Counted from the first letter of the whole stretch, positions 32,484 to 45,150 are shown. The stretch: 63,890 nucleotides of DNA, filler included, from Licmophora abbreviata (GCA_900291995.1; 15 parts of 15 records of this genome joined end to end with filler, not necessarily neighbours in it); one strand, 5' to 3'. Program-made: numbers and translations. Notes: generated by a model not told the origin, from the sequence alone.

Positions 32484-33623
32484 GACTGCCGTGAGAGGAG
32501 CGGTTGACTTTTTATGCGTGCGCCTGGAAAACGTTTGGAACAGAATGACGTCAATTTCAAGTTTGATTTTGGCGCGCCAAAAAAAAGAAAAAGTCACACA
32601 ATCGAAAACTTTAGCTGTCATGCTCCCTGAGATGGGGCTGGCTGGCTTGGAGATGTGACGCATCCATACGAGCGCACGAAGGCGAAGAAAAAAGAATTCT
32701 GAAACATGGTGGTCGGAGGTCTGCCGCTATCCGAGGAAGAAACAAACAAGGCTCGAGCCAGGTATGGATTCGAAAGGCAAGCTGGTAGACGCTTCACACG
32801 AATACACGAGGCGAAAACTCGCTGTTGATGGGAGTAAATCAACGATCCAGGATTGCCTGTCGCTCGCCATTGAGTCGAGCGTATGTCATACTGGTAGGAA
32901 TGGTCATGAGCGTGAACTGAACACAAGGAAAAGACCCAGGTAACCTACCGGTACGCCGACCATGGGACCAATCAGAAAGAACAGGCTCCCCTATCATCAC
33001 AGCCTTGCCTACTACCATGAGTGGGCGTACTGGTAGCAAGGCTCGACTCAGCTTCAATATGACCAGAAACGAGAAAGGGCATGGAAGATATCGTCAAGTC
33101 ACCTCGCTGACCACAATCTCAAAGTTTTCCCTCGAAACCACTCGGAGACGGAGATTCAGATGAGAAAACCACACAAGAATACGAGAGAAGAAGGCACGAA
33201 AAGCGCATCCTACGACAATGATGGGGAGTGACAAGCCGAGTGCTCACCTGCGTGCGTTTCTGACGATTTTGAATTTGTGAGAAACTGCGCCACATTCTCG
33301 AGGGAAAAAGAGTGGAAACATCGACCTCGCAAGCCGTATGACCCACCTCTACGTTAATTTCTACGTAAACTTTGAAAAGCTAGCTTCGTCACGAGCTCGC
33401 TACTAAGAATATTCTGCTTGTGAGACAGTTTGGCAGTGAGTGATTCGGATCCAGCGCTCCACGTCATCAACTGAAGTTCAAACGTGTGACTCTGTGTCTG
33501 TTCACGATCGAAAAAGCCGAGAGTACGAGGTGACCATGGCGCAGAATAGTACGATAATTGCGTTACACACCGCAATGACCCCCCGGAAAACGACGGACTC
33601 TTCGCTCTCTTCAACAGAAAACT

Positions 33624-35447
33624 ATGAAAACCATCACAGTCGTTCACTGCTGGTCGGCACCCAGGTCCCGATCTACAGCTCTGTTGTATTCTTTTGAAGC
33701 GCAAGGAGCCGCTTGCGTCGCAGTCGACGAACCGCTCTATCGAGACTGGCTCATTCAGAAAGGAGATGCCGTTGCTCGTCCCTATACCCAAGCCATGATC
33801 CAAGGAGAGGCCCCACCAGGAGATGAAAGTAACGCCTCGCGCTGGAAGCGAGAGACTTTGTCCTTGGTACAGCGTATCCAGCAGGCTGCATCGACTCTGT
33901 CACACGGAGGGGTCATTTTTCTGAAGCACATGGCCAAGCACAGTTTCTTGTACAATCTTGAGCGAGATCCAACAATCGAGGTACCTGAAGACGTCGAATT
34001 GGTGCATCGTCATGTGCTCTTGATTCGGGATCCGGTCTCGGTTCTTTCCTCGTGGTACGGCTCAGGGGACGTACACGGAAATAGTCCTTCCCCCGATGAA
34101 GTTGGAATCGTCCCATTGCTTTCAATCTATTCGACGCTCAACAGCAGAGCGGCGTCCGATCGTGGTCCACCTGTTGTTCTGCTTGACTCAGATGAACTTG
34201 TTGCAGATCCAGAAGTGACTCTCTCAGTACTCTGTAGTGACTTGGGGATTGACTACAAAGAGTCGATGCTGCAATGGAAGAGCGGACCCCACGAATGTGA
34301 CGGACCATGGGCCAAGTGGTGGTATGAGAATGTGCACAAGTCAGATGGGTGGCACCGGAACGCTTCTTCGTATCTATCATCTTACAGCGCAAGCGAATAC
34401 CGAACTCTAGATCCGAGCTTGATCCCTGCGCTCAAAGCCTCTTTGCCAGCCTATGACTTCTTGAAGGGGCTGACTCGCGGCACGGAGAGACGAGGCCCTC
34501 CTCTAGAGAAAATCTACGAGGATCCGCGAAACGCTAACTTGCTAGTTTGGATTGGCGCCCCGGGTCGGGGGCGTCTCCTGCCTCGTGACATGGCTGGCGT
34601 CAGTCCTTGGGACTCGTCTGTCCAAGGCGGAGACGGGGCGTGGGAGGGCCTTCGTGTGTACCGAGGCAAGGTCCTTTCTCTGGAGAGGCATCTACGTCGT
34701 CTTTTCAAGTCGGCCAAGGCATTGGGATATGACAATGTCCATACAAAGGAAGAAGTGATGGAGGCTATCTTTCGCACCCTAGCTGCCAACGGAATGCGAG
34801 ATGGCGCCCACATGCGTCTCACGCTGACACGAGGAGAAAAGTGCACATCATCCATGAATCCCGTGTTCAACGTTTACGGAACCACACTGATTATTCTGCC
34901 GGAGTGGAAACCGACAGAGGGAGCTACAACGTACGACAACACGAAAGGCATTACGTTGATCACGGCGTCCACAAGACGAAACTCTCCTTCAACAGTCGAT
35001 TCCAAGATCCATCACAACAACATGATAAACAACATCCTCCCAAAGATTCAGGCAAATCTCTGTGGTGCAGAGGATGCGATCATGCTGGACCTAGATGGCT
35101 TCGTCAGCGAGACCAACGCAACAAATATCTTCATGGTCGACAATGGTATCCTGTTGACTCCCCACGGCGACCACTGTCTTCCAGGCATCACGCGCGAAAC
35201 TGTGATTCAGCTGGCACTCGAGTTGGGCATTCCGTGCGATATTCGCCGAGTGTCTCTTGCGGAATTCCATGCAGCAGACGAAGTCTTCACAACTGGGACC
35301 ATGGGTGAGTTAACTCCAGTGAAGATGATCGATGGGAGAGTCATTGGTGCGGGTGAGAGGGGAGAGATCACAGCCAGACTGCAAGAAGTCTACAAGACGC
35401 TACCAGAAAGAGAGGGATGGGCTACAGAAATACCCCCATTCACATGA
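33624..35447 (+). CDS. Sulfotransferase-like P-loop domain fused to a class IV (BCAT-like) aminotransferase
   Basis: WSAPRSRSTAL..DEPLY, KHMAKH, LIRDP, WAKWWY; GDGAWEGLR, DSKIHHNN, VSETNATNIF, LPGITR, EVFTTGTMGE. Confidence 0.92.
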   Translation: MKTITVVHCWSAPRSRSTALLYSFEAQGAACVAVDEPLYRDWLIQKGDAVARPYTQAMIQGEAPPGDESNASRWKRETLSLVQRIQQAASTLSHGGVIFLKHMAKHSFLYNLERDPTIEVPEDVELVHRHVLLIRDPVSVLSSWYGSGDVHGNSPSPDEVGIVPLLSIYSTLNSRAASDRGPPVVLLDSDELVADPEVTLSVLCSDLGIDYKESMLQWKSGPHECDGPWAKWWYENVHKSDGWHRNASSYLSSYSASEYRTLDPSLIPALKASLPAYDFLKGLTRGTERRGPPLEKIYEDPRNANLLVWIGAPGRGRLLPRDMAGVSPWDSSVQGGDGAWEGLRVYRGKVLSLERHLRRLFKSAKALGYDNVHTKEEVMEAIFRTLAANGMRDGAHMRLTLTRGEKCTSSMNPVFNVYGTTLIILPEWKPTEGATTYDNTKGITLITASTRRNSPSTVDSKIHHNNMINNILPKIQANLCGAEDAIMLDLDGFVSETNATNIFMVDNGILLTPHGDHCLPGITRETVIQLALELGIPCDIRRVSLAEFHAADEVFTTGTMGELTPVKMIDGRVIGAGERGEITARLQEVYKTLPEREGWATEIPPFT

Positions 35448-35548
35448 CAGTGTCCCTTCGTTTCCTTTTATTTGATAAGATATCAGGTCAATTTATTCAG
35501 TGCTTTTTCGTGCCACGGCTCTCCCACTGGGTCGTCATTCGAGAGTAG

Positions 35549-37437
35549 CTATGGATCACCAGAAAATACTATTCCCAGTATTGCTGCAGCAACTGAAGAA
35601 GTCGCCAATGCAACCAAAATTTTCAGTGCGATTGTTTTCTCTTTTCTGGTCGTGATTATCTCTCTGTACATCGAAATGGAACCCTCCTGATCAAACTGAA
35701 CAAGCGTGTGCAACGCAAGAACGAGGGGGAACACGAACGCCACCGCACTGGTAAACAGAACCCCGCCCCATGCTAGCAAAGTGGTGACTGATTCCCCCTG
35801 ATAGAGAGTCCATGATAACGAAAACGGCAAGTAGACAGAGAGAACGTTGCCGACCCGATGAGAGCAGAGCCCGCTGCCCTCCAGCGACATTCGAGTGAGC
35901 ACACTGAAAAGCGGTATGCCCAGGCCTATTATCATGAAAGCAAAGGTGGACGCCCCAAGCTGCATAGTTGCCCCAAAGACCCCCGACATCATTGACTCCA
36001 ACATGTTATCGGATACGTTCGAGATAGAAAGTGCCCCTAAAGACCCAATCAGAATGTAAAGGAATGCAGACAAACCTGACGAAGAGTAGACGACTGCAAC
36101 CACAAACGATATCGGTGAAATGGTATGCTTGAAGCGCAGAATACCCACGGGCCAGTATGTCTAGCCAGCGCTTACCCGTTGGAACATCCACTGATGGCTT
36201 CTTCTCGTACAGCCACGCTGGAATGGCAATCACCAACGCGAAATTGAAGAGCACAACACCAAACAAGTCGTTCCAGCTCTCGCCCCACAAACTCAAGTTG
36301 CCTGTGTCGATACCATGCACGAAGAACTCAATGACAAACTGCACACTATTGAACAACAGCACCATAAATCCCAATATTTGCCACGCGGCATTTTCTTTGA
36401 GATCCATCAGCGCCATGGGAAGGAAAATAGCCACAATCACCATGTACCCCATTGTCAAGAGCAAACCGTCGCGATGATTGACAAAGGGTAGACATTCTCC
36501 GCTCAGCAGTACCTCGTCGGCACAAATCCGCGGACTCCAGCTGACGAAACGAGCAGTTCCGTTGTGAAAGGATAATGCTACCGATCCAGTCGGCGACCAG
36601 TGGCCCATGAACGTGTCTACGACTTGAGCAGTGTCGACAATGGAACTGCATGGAGTGAGTGAGCAGAGACAAGCAACATCGATGAGAGGACGATGACAGT
36701 ACGAGCGAAGGATTTCATAGTTCTTACGGTAGCGTCAATCACACCTTATGTTGAGACATGTAACACAACAAAAGAAGATAGCCTGCGTCACAACAAACCA
36801 CTTGTATCCCCAGAAGATCTTGAAGGCTTCGCTGAATTCCACTTCGTGGACGAAATTTCGATTGCCCGGTACTTTTGAAATGACATCCGCCATGTGAAGT
36901 GAGCAAAGGGAGGAAAGCATACATACAAATAACACAGCCACTGTCGTAGGTATGATTCCTGAGCGCTGAAAGGTGGCGGGAAGGTTGACCATGGCGGGTC
37001 CTGTGAGACTATTCACAGCGATTGCGAGACTACCCATCATTCCAATAGCTGNNNNNNNNNNNNNNNNNNNNNNNNNNNNNNNNNNNNNNNNNNNNTTAAT
37101 TAATTAANNNNNNNNNNNNNNNNNNNNNNNNNNNNNNNNNNNNNNNNNNNNATTGCGAGACTACCCATCATTCCAATAGCTGAAGTACAGAACACGAAAG
37201 AGTGTATCACTGATGAGAGTGACGAGGGCCAAGTGAGCACATCCCACAACAGTGCCAACTTTCGATCATACCATGCTGGGATGGGATACCCGGGATCTCA
37301 TCAACGATTGGAAGCTTTTCCGAGCTGCTAGACTGCGCAGCGGCTCCATCCTCGACATCATTATTCGAGGTGAACAGGGGAGTCCTTTCTGTCGCAGGAG
37401 AAGGACCCCCCTTGCCAGATGAACCTTCCGCGGACAT
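35549..37437 (-). CDS. Amino-acid transporter (AAAP/Aa_trans family), multi-exon, spans gap
   Basis: AVNSLTGPAMVNLP.TFQRSG, FGVVLFNFA...IPAWL.EK, many hydrophobic helices; GT-AG introns. Confidence 0.85.
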
Positions 37438-37806
37438 GTTTGGTTACAAGTGAACAGATTGAGACGCCCTCCATATGTTTTGCGGTGTCCAGGCCCGACA
37501 AAACGGGACTGTTCCAGCCAAGTGCTATTGTGATGTGACGTGAGAGTGATGCATCATCATCAGCCCGAAGGATTTCGGTTGTGCGGTGAGCTGAGCGATC
37601 GGGCGACGCACCTCTATTTTTTTAGCTGAGCACAGTGCCTTCCAATAACACTATGACGAAGGAACGCTGCCAGTTACAAACTCAAATTTACAAACAATAG
37701 CAGTCGTATCCTAAACTACAACGTTTCAAGCATTGAGACAACTTTATTCTCGCTCAGGCTACGAATACGACACAATCTCTCTCGACATTCACCCATGTGC
37801 CACAAA

Positions 37807-39159
37807 TTAAGCCAATCGTTGTTGCTCGTCAGTCTCATCATCGTCGGACCCAGTTTCTTGCTCAAAGCTTCCACCATCAGCTGTCTTGGCCAACGTATCT
37901 GGACTGGGCTTACCTTCTAGAGAAAACTCCATCCACGTCTTCCATTTGTCCCTGGTGGACCCCATCTCGAGGTTAGCGTCAATTGTTGTATCGTACACTT
38001 GTTTCTCATCCCGGTCCAGAATCTGCGACACGGCTTCATCACCTCCCAGCCACTCGCCTCGTAGAAAGCCAGTCGCCTCATCTAACTTTCCGTCGCTCCG
38101 AGGGAGCGGCTTGAGGTTTTCGTCTAATCGATAGGCCAGTGGTACTGCGCGGGGTAAGCTCAAGTTGATAATGTCATCTTCTGATATATCTTCAAGGCGC
38201 ATGAGCAGGGAGCGTAGGTTGTTCTCGTGTCCAACAACCAAGATGGTCTTTCCTGCCTTTAAGGCTGGAGCAAGGCTCTCATCCCAGTATACACTGGAGC
38301 GCTCCCGAGTGCACTTGAGCGACTCTGCCTTGGGAATTTCGTCCAGCATCTGGAGCATAAGAGAGAGACACGGAAGAATATCGCGTGAGCGTGACGAATC
38401 TGCCCCTTTTCTGAAAGGCTGCAAGTCGATTCTCATGTTTATTTACACTCACCAGACGATATCTTGGATCCCGCGCTGGATTGTACACATGATCATCTTC
38501 CATAGGAGGTGGCGGTTCATCCCAGGATCGTCTCCAGCGCCTGACTTGATCCCCGCCGTGCTGTTTGACTACGTCCTTCTTGTTCTTTCCCACCAGCGAT
38601 CCATAGTTTCGCTCGTTGAGTCTCCAGTGTTTGTGTAGAGGTATGTATTCCTGTCCGAGTTCCATCAAGGCGAGGTTTACCGTTCGGATAGATCGCCGCA
38701 GGAGCGAGGTGTGGACTTCGTCAAAGAGTATACCGCTCTTTTGCATCATTTGTCCCGCCACGCGAGCCTCCAAGACACCATCGTCTGTCAGAGGAGTGTC
38801 CTACATGGGAATGTAGAGTATGTAGTGAGTAAGTGAGCGGAGGCGAGTCTTTCCTCGAAAACGAAACTGCTTGTGACAGCAGAATTGTCAATGCTTCAAG
38901 AATTTCGAAAGTCTTGTAGGCTACTCACCGTCCATCCGATGAATCGATTGTCACGATTCCACGTGCTCTGCCCATGGCGAAGAAAACACAATCTATAGGG
39001 TGTATCGCAGTTGATGGTGTGAAAGTTCCTTTTCTCCGACACGCGTGACATTGAAGGCAGGAGGAGTACAGGGCGAGTCTGCCCAATGACCGACTTTCGT
39101 CGGAGCGACGAAGTTAGTCTTCCTGTAGCGCCGGTTCGAGCTGCGATGACTGATGGCAT
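37807..39159 (-). CDS. Cofactor-dependent phosphoglycerate mutase (dPGM), 3 exons (39159-38929, 38800-38453, 38349-37807)
   Basis: LRHGQSTWN..NRFIGWT|DTPL, WRLNERNYGSLVG, WRRSWD.PPP, AESLK, VGHENNLR; Arg/Ser-rich mitochondrial-type N-terminus. Confidence 0.93.
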
Positions 39160-39390
39160 GATAAGTTTATCTCTGTGGATCGTATAACGGCATCAGCAAA
39201 CCACCATTCGGTCACAAAATCGCCTCCTTCAACATGCAAACTGCCGATCTTTCGAATGGTGTGAGCGAGAAAAAAAGAACGCTTTCTTCCNNNNNNNNNN
39301 NNNNNNNNNNNNNNNNNNNNNNNNNNNNNNNNNNTTAATTAATTAANNNNNNNNNNNNNNNNNNNNNNNNNNNNNNNNNNNNNNNNNNNN

Positions 39391-39902
39391 GATTGACTTT
39401 TATGACAGTGTCACGGGAGAACTCTTGTTTACCGCGCCCAAGGGACGGACCATGGAAGCCTTCTTGGCAGAGTCGCAGTCGCATGGATGGTGAGTTATAT
39501 TGCTGAAACCTGTTTTGAGTATTACAAGTTGCGTGAGCGAGTGGGGGCGTAGCGTGCGTGCGTGCGACCTTGCTATGGGCTAATAACAACACATTTCTTC
39601 TTTCTCTCTGTGCTCTCAGGCCCAGCTTCCGGGACGAGGAGACCAACTGGGAACATGTGCGTTGTTTGAAGAACGGAGAATGCATTTCGACTACTGGCAC
39701 ACATCTTGGTAAGTTAAAACTGATACTTCATTGAGTTCGGTGAAACTACATACCGTGGTGGTGATTTGAGCCATCAGGCGAGAAGTCACTCACACTTCGT
39801 GTACGCTTTCTCTACTGTCCCCCAGGCCATAACCTCCCCGACTCGAGTGGAAACCGATACTGCATCAACCTCGTGAGTGTTGCAGGCGAGCCAAAACAAT
39901 AG
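39391..39902 (+). CDS. MsrB-like methionine-R-sulfoxide reductase domain (5' partial; exons 39391-39489, 39620-39708, 39826-39902); absent from the ORF track
   Basis: Spliced: FYDSVTGELLF...HGWPSFRD...GTHLGHNLPDSSGNRYCIN; introns split the W and G codons in phase. Confidence 0.85.
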
Positions 39903-39949
39903 GACGATAAGAAATATCGCAACTGTCGTTATCGCGAATAGAATGCTAG

Positions 39950-40882
39950 CTATACGTTGACTGGCTTTCGGAATCTACCCTGTATCCATACTCGTCGTCG
40001 TTCTTGTTGCTGGGCTCGATTATGATAAACACGCCGAATATAATGGAGTTCGATTGTCTCCAGTGTCGACCCGAACAACCGCTCCAAGTCTTCGAGCGTA
40101 AAGTAGTAACAGGTGGTACCATCGTGCTTTCGGTAGTAATTCTCACCCAATCGCTTGCCACGAGAAGTCCCTAGCTTGAGCTGCGCCTCGTCGTATCGCC
40201 CGTAGTCTCGAAAGAGCAAGGTCCCTCCTGGTTTCAGAGTGTCGACTAGATTCCGCGCAGCAGTCTCCATGTCCGACGGGTGCAGAGCCGACAGGCAAAA
40301 CAGCAAGGTCGTCACGTCCGACACTCCGAACCAAGGAAGCTTCTCGCCGCGGGGCACCTGCGAGATGTCCCATACATGGGCATGCGTTCTATGACTCTCC
40401 TGTTGAAATCGAACGTCTTGACGTAATAAGTCAATGGCAACGGCACTGAAATCGAGTCCCCAGACAGCTTCCCACGATGAGTGGGGTTCTGCTAGCAATG
40501 GCAATATATTGTTGCCGACGCCGCAGCCGACCTCCACCAAGGTTCGTTTCAATGAGCTTTCTCCATTCGAAGGGGCAAACTCGACAGGAAATGCTTTGGC
40601 CAAGTAGTGGCGATCGTGAAAGAACGAGACGCCGTGACTTTGGTAAAACTGATTCCAAGACGAGTCGCCTTGTTGTTGTTGTTGTTGTTGTTTTCTAGTA
40701 CACCGATCTTGATGCTGTAAAAGAAGTTGCGCTGCCTTGAGTTCGTCCTGCTCGGTCCAGTCATCCTCTCTCCAGACAGCATTCGTGTTGTTGTCGTTGT
40801 TGTTTTCGATATGACCACCAGCGTTCCCCGCGCCTTGATAGAGTCGCACGTACGAGACGGCGGTCGCGATTTCATTCGTCAT
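39950..40882 (-). CDS. tRNA N3-methylcytidine methyltransferase (METTL6/Trm140 family)
   Basis: WNQFY..H...FFHDRHYL, LVEVGCGVGN, DFS..AI, LKPGG.LLFRDYGRYDEAQL, DGTTCYYF, RRVWIQGRF. Confidence 0.9.
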   Translation of the reverse strand: MTNEIATAVSYVRLYQGAGNAGGHIENNNDNNTNAVWREDDWTEQDELKAAQLLLQHQDRCTRKQQQQQQQGDSSWNQFYQSHGVSFFHDRHYLAKAFPVEFAPSNGESSLKRTLVEVGCGVGNNILPLLAEPHSSWEAVWGLDFSAVAIDLLRQDVRFQQESHRTHAHVWDISQVPRGEKLPWFGVSDVTTLLFCLSALHPSDMETAARNLVDTLKPGGTLLFRDYGRYDEAQLKLGTSRGKRLGENYYRKHDGTTCYYFTLEDLERLFGSTLETIELHYIRRVYHNRAQQQERRRVWIQGRFRKPVNV

Positions 40883-41207
40883 TATTCTCTTCCAAGATTC
40901 ATCACTCGTCCTCTATCATGATATGGCATGTGTGCCAGCACCACATTGCGTCCTTGCTTGTATATCATGACCGCGATACTCCAGCATATAAGATGGCTGT
41001 CATTGTCGCATGTTGAATGTGGCCTCGACCGTCGAAACGCTCATCCTTCTGTCTGTCCGTGTATCCGCCGCCATCCGTTTTGAAGCACGGACGGAGTACA
41101 GACACGACCGCTCACCGCCCTTTATTTGAAATTGAACATCCTCCCTTTTTTGCGCGCTATGATAGAAAAAGACAAAGGTTTGGAAATCACACACCATCAC
41201 AGCAACC

Positions 41208-43549
41208 ATGACGAGCAAGACGACGCTAGTCGACGAGCACAGCGAGCGACAGTCTCTCTTTGAGAGGGATGAAGAAGGCAATCGTGAATCCTCATCCTCC
41301 AGCAGCAGCAAGAATGACGATGCTGACAGGTTACTCATCAACAAGTCGTTTGCCAAGGAATACATGAGTCGAAAGCAGCGGGAAGAGCTGCGTCGCGTGG
41401 AACAAGATCACGATGATAATGATGATGACGACGATACTAGCACCAGTAGTAGTGAAGATGAGGATGGAGAGCTTTTGACACCCTCCATGGATGTGACAAT
41501 ATTGAATACCATCAATGCATTGCGAAGCAAGGACCAGCGCATCTACGACTCTTCGTGTCAGTTCTTTCCAAAAGAGGAGGAGGGGCGCAGTGGCGACGGA
41601 ACGGACAAAACTGAGAAACGTCTCAAACCAAAGCGTTTCAAGGATGTCATACGAGAACAGATCTTGGAACAGATGGACCAACAAGAAGAAAAAGAGGACG
41701 GCAGTGCCTCTGAGGAGCAAGCACGCGACTCTGCTAGTAAGCAGGAAGCGGCGAATCGGCTAGTGTACGATCAAGAACAAAAGTCATTGCGGTCGGCATT
41801 TCTCGACTCTACGAAAGGCGATGATGGTGACGAGGAGGATTGGATGGTAGTCAAAAAGAAGGGTGCTGTGGACAGCTCTCACGACGAAGATGCAGAGAAA
41901 CTACTCCAACAAGAGCTGCAAGTATTGGAAAAGACAAAGACCAATGACTTGCAGGATCCTCGTGGAGAAGTGCAGGATGGAGACCAGTTTCTGCTGGACT
42001 TTTATAAAGAACAAAAAATGGATTGACAAGACTGAAGGAGAGGATCCAGAGTCCTCAGATGGCCACCACGACAACGACGATGACTCCATCGAACAATTGG
42101 ACCGAACGGACGATTTTGAATCCCACTACAACTTTCGCTTCGAGGAAGCGGCTGCGGAGGCAGCATCTGGTGCGTCAGGAGCGGACCATAGTATGATCGG
42201 CTACGCGCGAAGTGGAACGATGAATACGCTGCGTCGCAAAGACGAGACACGAAAGAACAGACGTCTTGAGCGCAAGGAGCGAAAGGCGGCAGAGCGCAAG
42301 GCAAAAGAAGAACAGCTTCGTAGACTGAAGAATGCCAAACGGGAAGAAATGGAAAGCAAGCTCAAGCAAATTAGATCCGTTCTAGGCGAGGTAGAAGACG
42401 GAGGAGATAAGATGGACGAGGCAGCCTTGATGAAACTCATGGAGGGCGAGTTTGACCCAGACAAGTTCGAGGAGCTCATGACGGAGACCTACGGGGATGA
42501 CTTTTATGCTCAGAAGGATACCGAATGGAAAACGGACGCGGATGTTCGAGAAAGTCTCTTGAAGGACGAAGATGGGGACCTGCTCGTGGGACAGGACAGC
42601 GCCGACGGGGGTTTGTACGACAACCAGGAGGAAGAGGATGGAGAGTTGGACCAGAACGAAGAATGGGACGAAGAGCAGCAGTATGACGAAGACGAGGATG
42701 CTCCTCTAGCTCCAGTTGACAACAGTGCGGAGGAAACCCGCGTTGACAAGAAGCTACGCGAAAAGATGCAGGAGGAGCTATACAAGCTTGACTACGAAGA
42801 TATCATTGCTGGCATGCCAACCCGCTTCAAGTATCGCAAAGTCGAACCTAACACCTACGGACTGTCGACCGAGGAGATTTTGTTTGCCAAAGACAGTACA
42901 CTCAAAAACTTTGTCAGTTTAAAGAAAATGGCCCCCTACCGAGAAGAGGTAAGTTGAGCCCTTGACCGGGAAGAAGACAATCCGCATGATTCGTATTTGG
43001 TCCAACTGATCGCTTCTCGTCATGTGTCACCAGGGCGAACACTTTGTTGGCGGCAAGAGGAGACGGAAATTTCGAGAGATGCTCAAGCAGGACGCGGAAG
43101 AAATTAAGGCACAACAAGAAATCAATCAAAATGAAGTCGAAGAGGATGCTACTCCTCTGAAGAAGAAGCGTAGACGGCAAAAGAAAGGAAAGAAGAAGGA
43201 AGCTTCCCAACAGGATGATGAGGTTGGGATGGACATCGAGGAAACAGAAATCGAAACGAATGACAAGAGCACTGGAGAGGTCAAACAAGTCCAGAAGCGA
43301 AAGCGGAGAAAGAATGGGACAAAGCAGCCCAAAGATTCAACAGAAGACGATCGTGTGGATGCCACTCCCACATTGCAAAAGGCAGCAGCTTTGGATGCAA
43401 CCGACGGTATCACGACGAAAGACAACTCAAAGAAGAACTCGAAGAAAAAGAAAAAGAGTAGCAAACTCAACAAGGAGAGAAAGCGGAGAAAGAAGGGTGC
43501 TTCTGTAGAGGGCGTCTCAGCGTCACGGCTTGCGTCTTATGGCTTATGA
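41208..43549 (+). CDS. KRI1: KRI1-like 40S ribosome biogenesis protein (extra T near 42000; intron 42949-43033)
   Basis: INKSFAKEY, EDEDGELLT, FESHYNFRFEE, RLKNAKREE, LYKLDYEDII.GMPTRFKY, VSLKKMAPYR, SRLASYGL. Confidence 0.92.
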
Positions 43550-43619
43550 GATTACCAGTGATCGACCGCGATAGGGCATTACCGGTAGTCGGGAATGTAG
43601 GCCACCGACTGCTTCGTAC

Positions 43620-45150
43620 GATCATAGCTGGTACCTAGGATCTGGAAGTCAAGTTAATTGCCTCTGGAGTCGCCATCAAGCTACCCGCTTCGAGCAACGA
43701 CCAAGTCTGCTTCGAAAGTTTGAAAATCCGCGTCAGTAGGCACTTTTAGATCCCCGGCAAGAGCACGAGCCGTATCCTTTATAAACCACGTCGATCCTGC
43801 CTTGTTCAGATACTTTTCCTTTTGTAATTCCACAATTTATTTTCGATTGTCTATCGCGTGGATATACCTTCAAAGGCTTTTGGGTGGGTACACTCCCAAA
43901 GTCGTTGCCCTGTTCGACCTATCAATACCGGCGAAGTAGTTCAGCTTCCTCATCTTCTGAGCTTCCCGCGCCGATTGCATCAGTCAATGCCGAGGATACT
44001 TCTTTGGACCTCCTAATTGATCGAGTCAGGCGCTATCGGGCCCCGTTGTCGATGGGTCAAAACGGTGTATTGGTTTTGCAGCTCTCTTGCTGTCATCTGT
44101 GGGCGTCTGCTGCCGTCAATCGATCCAATTTTTCCGATGCCCATTTGTTGGATCAGAATGGTACACAATTTTGGCAACGCTCTTTCCCTCTATTTCGCGG
44201 TACTTGTTCTCTTGCCTGGTCAATGCTCGGGGCGGTCCATACTACGGCCTTCGGATCTGATATCGGAGTTGGACGAGCAGGAGTGAATACGGCCGGTTGT
44301 TCAGGGCTTTCTCCCCCATCAATATCCACCTGTTCTTGCTTGCCTCCCGCGGTAGGGAATGTCGACTTCTGGCGCAAGTCCTCCAATTGATGCCGTGGAC
44401 TATGGTTCGGTCCTAGTCTATCGAACCAAGCTAGACCATGCGCAGACGGATCAAAAAGGTGCCTCGCTTTGACTGATCTTTTGCCTTCACTTCGGGACAC
44501 CAGCTGTCTCAGAACTTGCTGTGCCATAGCAGGATGTAATTTCGGGGAAGGGCGACCAGTAGTGTCTNNNNNNNNNNNNNNNNNNNNNNNNNNNNNNNNN
44601 NNNNNNNNNNNTTAATTAATTAANNNNNNNNNNNNNNNNNNNNNNNNNNNNNNNNNNNNNNNNNNNNAAATGGTCATCTAACCCTCCCGAGACAGACAGG
44701 CTATCTGCTCCCTGGTGAGACGAACAAACGCCGCTCGGTCGATTCCAAAGAAGTCACAGAAATCACTTACAAAGTCTTGCTCTTGTCCTGTTGCAAAATG
44801 GAGCTCTCGCTCTTTGCCCGCTGCGTCTTCGCAGTAGACTACAAGATAGTCCAAGACGCTTATGCGATTGCTCTGTACGATCTTCCAGAGAGCGCGATGT
44901 ACGGCATCCTGCCCCATCGTCCACTAAACGATCCTTTGGAAAAAGAAGGTAAGCGTGCAGAACTGAATCAAGGGATGGAACTGAAGCCATGGTATCTGGT
45001 ACCTGTACCAAAAGAGTCCTGCCGAAAAGACAAGAAGCACTCTACATTTCATATGTGGTGTGTCGGCGAAGCTAACAGCTTGACCAGATCCTGATTTTGG
45101 GTCGTACGAGCTGTAAACGTGAAGTTGCCGCCGTTCATTCACGAAACAGT
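43620..45150 (-). pseudogene. Possible decayed ORF / element remnant spanning the gap at 44568
   Basis: Coding-like minus-strand frame (ORFs 44153-44527, 44678-44917) continues through scattered TGA/TAG stops; no family recognised. Confidence 0.25.

Noticed and set aside
37021..37182. 31-bp direct repeat flanking the gap (apparent target-site duplication)
   Set aside because: ATTGCGAGACTACCCATCATTCCAATAGCTG ends one contig and starts the next; merging restores one exon, so it is an unmerged overlap
40669..40805. CAA repeats (poly-Q, poly-N) in the METTL6-like gene
   Set aside because: Ordinary coding microsatellites in a variable N-terminal region
41995..42026. Programmed frameshift in KRI1
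   Set aside because: One extra T in a T run; removing it restores DFIKNKKWID. Similar homopolymer indels occur throughout the window
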